Source: Nitrospirales bacterium (GTDB taxonomy: Bacteria > Nitrospirota > Nitrospiria > Nitrospirales > UBA8639). Taken from it: 64,000 bases of DNA. Location of the stretch: contig CBDCWC010000002.1 of assembly GCA_965223295.1 (NCBI GenBank), positions 832,001 to 896,000 on the forward strand, given 5' to 3'. A program made the translations under genes and the position numbers. The notes beneath the pieces were generated by a model. The model was not told the DNA's origin and did not search any database. It saw only the letters and a program-made list of their open reading frames with translations. Numbering within the stretch: the first letter of the stretch is position 1; each line of letters begins with the position of its first letter. Of the stretch, positions 57,966 through 64,000 are shown in pieces.

Positions 57966-60720
57966 TCATGGTTTTTTCAGAGATAGAGGGACCATCTAGC
58001 ACCTCACAGGAGGTTACATTCCCTATCACGCCAATAAGAGGACGGTACCCTCTTAGAGTGACTTCCAAACCATTGCGCGAACGTTTCCAGTTCAAGACTT
58101 CTCCATTCGTTGACTGTAGATAGGGTAATGTCGGCGGACTTGTAACCATTCGCACGACGGGGGAACGAGACGGGTCTAGATGGATATATCGATCGCTCCC
58201 ATGATCGGCATAGCCCAACACTCGAGGACTCGCGTTCAAATCCGGATAGCCAGCGGCTTGAGGCACACGAATCTCTGTTGCTTTTTCTAGATTGTGCAAC
58301 TGCCAACCGCCTCCATTTTTTGTAATAACCATACGAGTGAAGTCTTGAACCAGCTGCACATATTCAGACACAAAAATAGCATTCACTGGTTGCGCTAAAG
58401 CCCAATCATAGACTTTGTGTAATGCGGCTAATGAAGCCTGTTTACTTGCTGAATAGGTGTGATAATAAATATCGATTGGCTTCAAGCGCCTTGGCCATTC
58501 TGTGAGCTGAAAAGTCTCAATAACTTGCTCATATCCATAAAATGGACCTTTCCACAGATTAGTGTATAAATTTTCGTTTTGGTTCGGGGCGTATACTTGA
58601 AGAAAAGGCCCTTTTTGAACACCCAAAGGAGCAACAGCAGTCAGAGAATTGTTATACTTGGTAATAACCGTATCTCCACCATTCATGTTCACAAGTCCAG
58701 AAGCAGACACCAATTCCAAAGCTTCACTCGATGGATTACAATCCCCTGTCCACAGAAAAACTTTTGTTGATTTATTAGAAGGAGCAAGTTGCTGATCTAT
58801 ATATTGGACAGATCCTTCAATTTCCCTCGATAAATTCTCGACAGTAAAGTCATAGCCAGGTATCGGTAAGTGTGGTTTTTCCACCCCTTTGGTATAGATG
58901 GTTTGCCAGGCAAACGGATGAGAATAGGAATGGCTGGCTATTTCCACGAATGGAAGACCAAAGATTGTTTTGGCTGCTTGCTCAAAACGTCTTGACAATT
59001 TCGGATAAAGGCCCGCTTCTCCAATTTCGCCTTCAATAACAGAAACCGTTGTTGGAATCGTGTAATGTTTGAGAATATCCTCAAGAAGCATCTCACCGGC
59101 ATAGTCAACGCCTGAAAGTGCATGTTGGAATTCTACGCGGCTTGGAAAACCATCCCCATCCACATGTGCCATCAGTAAGCGGCGTCCATACCGAGTCGTG
59201 GTCTCGGGAATAGGCAGCGAATTTACTTGTAATGCCCGTTGAAAAAATTGAATGGGCTCAAGCAGCCAACGGCTACTCTGTTCACCCGGCATAGAGACAA
59301 TAGGAAAAGGACTCAACGCATACCCGCCCCACCAGGACAGGCCTACCGCATCTTGAACGCGTGATTCTCCTTGAACATACCGCAGAAGTGTCGTTCCTCC
59401 ACGATTTTGCAAGGGGAAAAAATATTGCCGATCTGCAAACGGCGGGAACTCGTTGCCAATAATTGAATCTAAACTGCGAACCTGAATTCTTTTAAGCGAC
59501 CGCAACTGGGTTCCTACCTCTATTTCAAAGAGGCGAAGAAGATCTTTCCGAACGGGAAATCCGAATTTTTCTAAAAAAACAACTTTGACCTGATGCTCTA
59601 CCTGCCGGGAAATCCACTGATGAAACTCTTCGTCCAATGGAGATTTCAGCTCTGGAAGCCATACGACAATTCCGGCATATCGGCCAGCTAATGAAGCAAC
59701 AGGAAGACCTCGGCGAACATCCCAATGTTCTGGAACCAACCCAAGATATTGCAGAGGAAAATCAATAAAACGATGTATCTCACTCTGTGTCACATCGGAA
59801 TACTGTTGACCGTCATACAGCATCAACACTTTTCGAGGAATGACTTCCGTTGCTCCAACACCCAGCGCATCTAATTCAGGAGTCGTCACCCAAGGAATAA
59901 ATCCTAGTGCTTGGATTTTTTGAGATATAGTTCGAGCCTCCTCCCGTTTTTCTGGGGGAAGATAATCAATGACGACAATTGGAAGGTTATATTGCTCACG
60001 AAAAAAGGATAATTGTTCGAGCAACCAATCTCGGGCCTGTTGCGAGACGGGCGAAAATTCTTGAGTCGCAGGATTCCATCCTTGAAACAGGGATTCCACG
60101 GCCAGGGCAAATATGTCCTGATAGATGTGTGGAAGTAATTCAAAGCCTCGGTTACAAAGAAGTTTCGCTTCCGGATACTTTTGTTTAATCGCTCGAATAA
60201 CTGCAATGAGGCCACTTTGCTGTTGCTGTTGAAACTGTTCATCTTGTTGAACCAATTGATATGAATCCAAGGTGTCAAGAAAAAACCCTCGATACCCCTG
60301 CTCCCAAAGTGGGGCAATCAGATTTGTGAGTACGAACTCTATCCATCCATCTTGTGCTTGATTGACTATTTGGGAACGCCAAGCCGTATTTTCTCCAATA
60401 ATCCACTTCTGAGGAATGTTCTTCGCATAGGCGCGAGTTGGAAGAACCTCTCCAAGGCTGACATACGCAAACAATTCGCTATTTGAGGTTTGATATTCTT
60501 TCGGATGAAATCCATGGTCCGGTTCAACAACAACAACATTAAACGCTTTAAGTTCATTCCAAGGCGGAGACTCTCCATAAAAGACTGCAGCACTAAATTC
60601 CTGACTCCAAACGTTGCTGGCACTTATGCTTATCGAGAAAAATACGATGCTCCAATAGACTCCAAATTCTCGCCAGTGTTTTCCACGTATTGATTGGCCC
60701 ATCGTTTGTAGAAGTTTCAT
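57898..60720 (-). CDS. pelA: Bifunctional Pel glycoside hydrolase/deacetylase
   Basis: FAYVSLGE, GFFLDTLDSY, NRGFE hydrolase motifs; HVDGDGF, ASHSYSHPF, WTGDC, NENLYTNLW.GP, YYH.YS deacetylase motifs. Confidence 0.95.
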   Translation of the reverse strand: MKLLQTMGQSIRGKHWREFGVYWSIVFFSISISASNVWSQEFSAAVFYGESPPWNELKAFNVVVVEPDHGFHPKEYQTSNSELFAYVSLGEVLPTRAYAKNIPQKWIIGENTAWRSQIVNQAQDGWIEFVLTNLIAPLWEQGYRGFFLDTLDSYQLVQQDEQFQQQQQSGLIAVIRAIKQKYPEAKLLCNRGFELLPHIYQDIFALAVESLFQGWNPATQEFSPVSQQARDWLLEQLSFFREQYNLPIVVIDYLPPEKREEARTISQKIQALGFIPWVTTPELDALGVGATEVIPRKVLMLYDGQQYSDVTQSEIHRFIDFPLQYLGLVPEHWDVRRGLPVASLAGRYAGIVVWLPELKSPLDEEFHQWISRQVEHQVKVVFLEKFGFPVRKDLLRLFEIEVGTQLRSLKRIQVRSLDSIIGNEFPPFADRQYFFPLQNRGGTTLLRYVQGESRVQDAVGLSWWGGYALSPFPIVSMPGEQSSRWLLEPIQFFQRALQVNSLPIPETTTRYGRRLLMAHVDGDGFPSRVEFQHALSGVDYAGEMLLEDILKHYTIPTTVSVIEGEIGEAGLYPKLSRRFEQAAKTIFGLPFVEIASHSYSHPFAWQTIYTKGVEKPHLPIPGYDFTVENLSREIEGSVQYIDQQLAPSNKSTKVFLWTGDCNPSSEALELVSASGLVNMNGGDTVITKYNNSLTAVAPLGVQKGPFLQVYAPNQNENLYTNLWKGPFYGYEQVIETFQLTEWPRRLKPIDIYYHTYSASKQASLAALHKVYDWALAQPVNAIFVSEYVQLVQDFTRMVITKNGGGWQLHNLEKATEIRVPQAAGYPDLNASPRVLGYADHGSDRYIHLDPSRSPVVRMVTSPPTLPYLQSTNGEVLNWKRSRNGLEVTLRGYRPLIGVIGNVTSCEVLDGPSISEKTMNGSDLKLHFGKGQNQIVSLACQ

Positions 60721-61326
60721 TATTTACAAGCCGTGACATGCTCAATTCAGCATGAATAAATGAACAGAATAGGCAACTTTTGCCCATCCCCAACTACCCA
60801 TACTTCACAATTCTGATTGAACGAACTCTATTGATACGGCAGATAACTCAAGCACTAAGACTATGCCTATGGCATAGAAGTAGCCCCTGACCACAATCCG
60901 AACGTATTGAAGGGCACACTTCAGCAAGACCTATCGAGAGCAAGAACAGTGCCTGCCTTAAATAGTGATGACGAGAAAGATCTGAGCAATAGCTCAAGGA
61001 GGAAGTGAAAAGAATTGTACGGTAATGCTGAAAGCTAGACTATTCTTCTGAGACCACACTGCCACAAGATAAAGTATAAGTGCGCTTCTAAAGAATGAAA
61101 GTTGTCAATACTTGACACAGATTTATAAATTTTTGTTTCTAAGATGCGGTGGCATATTTTTTCTATCTACCTATTTTGTTATGCTCAGCTATAATTTTTT
61201 GATGAAATGCCTTTTGTTTTGAAACATAAAATCTCATTCACTTTGACATCTTCAAAACGTGTTCATCTTTTATCATTCTTTTGACAATGTTCAATTACAT
61301 GACTCAACCATGACACCGAGGGTAAC

Positions 61327-62187
61327 GTGAAATCTTCGAACCAAGACATCGACCAGATAATTTCTATGGCACAGAAAGCCGATCCACATGACTTGTATCA
61401 AAAGAGCGTACAAAGTCCTGATAATGACATGGAGTTCTTGTCTGAGTATTTCAAAGAATATACCGGTACAGCTCTTCGAAAATTTAGAGAAGACTTTTGC
61501 GGAACAGCGTATCTCTCTTCCTACTTTGTCACTCAACATGGGAAAAACCAAGCACTTGGTATAGATCTCGATTGGCCAACTCTGAACTGGGGAATCAAAC
61601 ACAATATTTCTCCCCTCACACCAAACCAGCAAAAACGTATTTCGTTAATCAATGCTAATGTGCTGGATGTTCAGCAACCTCCCGCTCAAATGATCGCAGC
61701 ATTAAATTTTTCCTATATGGTGTTTCATGACCGTGAGACCTTGCTGCACTACCTGCTGAATGCAAAGCAGTCTCTCGAACCCGGAGGATTACTGGTAATG
61801 GATATTTGGGGAGGGAGCGAAAGCCTCGTCCTTCAAGAGGAAGAACGTGAAATTGAAAATTCAGATGAAGATCAGATAGGAGATTTTATCTTTACTTGGG
61901 ATCAGGACACGTTTGATCCCTTCACTCATTTTTATACCACACGGATTCATTTTTCTTTTAGCGATGGCAGCGAACTTCGCAACGCCTTTGTCTATGATTG
62001 GCGACTTTGGACCATTCCAGAAGTTACCGAGCTCATGACCGATGCCGGATTTCAAGATGTTCATGTTCTATGGGAAGGGACGGACCCTGAGACGAAGGAG
62101 GGGACGTCTATCTATGAACGTGCGGAAAAAGGCGATGCTGATCTCGCCTGGATTGCCTATATTGTTGGACAGACCCCTTCAGCTTAA
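61327..62187 (+). CDS. Class I SAM-dependent methyltransferase
   Basis: LYQKSVQSP, REDFCGTA, GIDLD, ALNFSY, PGGLLVMD, AFVYDWRLWTIPE. Confidence 0.85.
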   Translation: MKSSNQDIDQIISMAQKADPHDLYQKSVQSPDNDMEFLSEYFKEYTGTALRKFREDFCGTAYLSSYFVTQHGKNQALGIDLDWPTLNWGIKHNISPLTPNQQKRISLINANVLDVQQPPAQMIAALNFSYMVFHDRETLLHYLLNAKQSLEPGGLLVMDIWGGSESLVLQEEEREIENSDEDQIGDFIFTWDQDTFDPFTHFYTTRIHFSFSDGSELRNAFVYDWRLWTIPEVTELMTDAGFQDVHVLWEGTDPETKEGTSIYERAEKGDADLAWIAYIVGQTPSA

Positions 62188-62430
62188 AAGGAGTCTTCTT
62201 AGTGCAAGAAACAAATTTTAAGAATCTCAGACTTTGTACTTTCGATAAAACTAAGTACGCACTTCGCCTCGTTCCCCTTGGGGAACTTGAAAGGCATCTA
62301 CAGAGGCAGTTGGGATGCTCAAGAAAAGTCGCCTAATCATTGGTGCTAATTCTCATACTCTTATGGGGCACCTTTATATCTTAACTGGCATACAATACTG
62401 AACCTCCTGCAGCGGCACACAGAAAATCAA

Positions 62431-62579
62431 TTAAGGGCACCTCTAAAAACTGAAGATTTTTTCTGAGGGCAAGGAAACAGCGCGCGGAAAACCGCAGTGT
62501 ATGGGCCGATACATGAGGATTTGAGCACGTGGCTGACGCCGCCATCGGGAAAAAGAACAGTTTTTAGAGATGCCCTTAA
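62431..62579. mobile_element. MITE-like palindromic element (141 bp between TTAA duplications)
   Basis: TTAAGGGCACCTCTAAAAACTG and CAGTTTTTAGAGATGCCCTTAA are a 21/22 inverted match; no ORF. Confidence 0.78.
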
Positions 62580-62888
62580 GAGTCGCTTTTCACACTGAAC
62601 CCCATCGGCCCTGCGATGCGGCCAAAATTTTCCTAATTGGAAATCTTGTTGGAGTCGGAGTAGGAGATCACTGGCAACAGCAGCAATGACATCAGACCCT
62701 CCTAATCGTTCATACAGAATCTGTTAGCTCATCGTGTTCCTCCTTGAGAATTCGATATAGTAAGTGATGGTCTCGGCTATCCCACATCAGCCGTAGCTAA
62801 TAGGCATATCCAAAACCTTTCCAATGATAGAGGTTTTCTGGAATAGGCAAACGTGAACGTTCTAAGTGATAAAAAAATTTGAAAAGTG

Positions 62889-64000
62889 ATGGCGCTCAAC
62901 TGCACCGACATTGAAACTATTTTAACGGAAATTCAACCCCTCATCATCGGAGGCTGGATCCAAAAAATTCATCAGCCACGGGACTTGGGCATCACACTAG
63001 AAATTCGATCCTCCGGATCCAGCCTCATACTCTATATATGTGCAGAACCCCGTTGGGCCAGGTTCCATATAGTGACAAAGAAGTATCCCAACCCGCCTGC
63101 ACCTCCACCCTTTTGCCAGTTCCTTCGTTCCCATCTAGAAGGAGGACGTATTGAAGAAATCACGCAACAACCTGGAGATCGGCTCGTTTATCTGACCATA
63201 CGAAAAAATGACCAACTCTATCGGTTAGTCATTTCATTACTGGGGAAAAGGGCCAACATCTTGTTGCTCAATGAAAAAAACAGCCTTTTACGATCCTTAA
63301 AAGAGTCTCGATTTCAAATTGGTGAGCGATTTGTTGCACCGACTCCACCATTTTCCTCCCCAGCAACATTCCATTCTCCTTGGAACAGTAAAGCAAGCAA
63401 GAAATTGGCTGGACATGATCCCATGAACAGGTCCATCTTCCCCCTCTCATCGGTGATAGAAGTCTATTACGACCAAAAAGAGCGACAGGCCAATGAACAG
63501 AGAATTTGCGATCAACAGCTTGCCCATACCAGAAAACTGTTAAAAAACGCCAAAGGAAAGCTTTGTGCCTTGCAAGAAGACTTACGCAAGGCCGAACAAT
63601 ACCGTGAATATGGTCGTTATGGTGAACTCATGAAGAGCACTCTACATGAACTACACAAAGGCCAGGAAATCGTCACGCTAACCGACTACTTTGACCCGGA
63701 ATTACCTACACTCACGCTTCCACTAAATCCAGCCAAAGATCCCGTTGCCAACATGAAAGACTACTTCCGAAAATATCAGAAGTATCTCGGTGCTCAGCAA
63801 CATCTCTTACCAAGAATTGAGCGACAACAAAAGACAGTCATAAAACTCGAGAAAGAATTAACTCGCATAGAGGAAGGCCATATGGATGCTGCACTCGCTT
63901 CCGGACCAGTGAAAGCTATTCAGCAATCTCAGATAGCTCGACCCTCAAAAACTCAATCAACGAAGGTTACCGGCTACAGAACTTATGTATCATCAGACGG
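62889..64000 (+). CDS. NFACT family (RqcH/FbpA-like) protein, 5' part; runs off window end
   Basis: Manual translation: MALNCTDIETILTEI...GWIQKIHQP...PPPFCQFLRSHLEGGRI..ITQ..GDR...LLGKRANILLL...YGELMK...DYFDP...YFRKYQK. Confidence 0.88.
   Translation, partial: MALNCTDIETILTEIQPLIIGGWIQKIHQPRDLGITLEIRSSGSSLILYICAEPRWARFHIVTKKYPNPPAPPPFCQFLRSHLEGGRIEEITQQPGDRLVYLTIRKNDQLYRLVISLLGKRANILLLNEKNSLLRSLKESRFQIGERFVAPTPPFSSPATFHSPWNSKASKKLAGHDPMNRSIFPLSSVIEVYYDQKERQANEQRICDQQLAHTRKLLKNAKGKLCALQEDLRKAEQYREYGRYGELMKSTLHELHKGQEIVTLTDYFDPELPTLTLPLNPAKDPVANMKDYFRKYQKYLGAQQHLLPRIERQQKTVIKLEKELTRIEEGHMDAALASGPVKAIQQSQIARPSKTQSTKVTGYRTYVSSD

Noticed and set aside
60721-61320. c-di-GMP riboswitch or operator upstream of pelA (CTATGCC-TAT-GGCATAG at 60861..60877)
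   Set aside because: No riboswitch consensus recognised by eye; a lone 7-bp inverted repeat is insufficient. An Rfam/Infernal scan would decide.

Overview
A 64-kb bacterial chromosome segment, mostly about 40-48% GC by eye. Gene style suggests a Nitrospira-like Gram-negative organism (inference only). It has four parts. (1) 1-25.3 kb is an accessory stress and ion-homeostasis region: an ATP-grasp/7TM-transglutaminase/retropepsin trio, PRC-barrel, MgtC, two DUF1328 peptides, a metallothionein missed by the ORF track, ferritin-like, YfdX, multi-BON, gluconokinase, CreA, peroxiredoxin, TrkAH and zwf. It also holds decayed mscS, nhaA, mgtE and ORF6N genes, the last two broken by one 237-bp inversion. 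The region ends at a tRNA-Pro(TGG) gene cut exactly after its anticodon loop. (2) Core genes rdgB-rph and serS-tRNA-Ser(TGA). (3) A 16.8-kb integrative element in tRNA-Ser, bounded by a 59-bp att repeat, with phage-satellite (PICI-like) anatomy: an integrase whose C-terminus runs through the att site, HTH, Xis, an iteron origin, an SF3 helicase, a cos-like site, an IS3, and cargo including a membrane patatin, a SLOG protein and lipoproteins. (4) A complete pelABCDEFG operon whose PelB is enlarged to 2170 aa by about 3.25 apparently identical, GC-rich 870-bp repeats, followed by a methyltransferase, a MITE and the start of an NFACT/RqcH gene.
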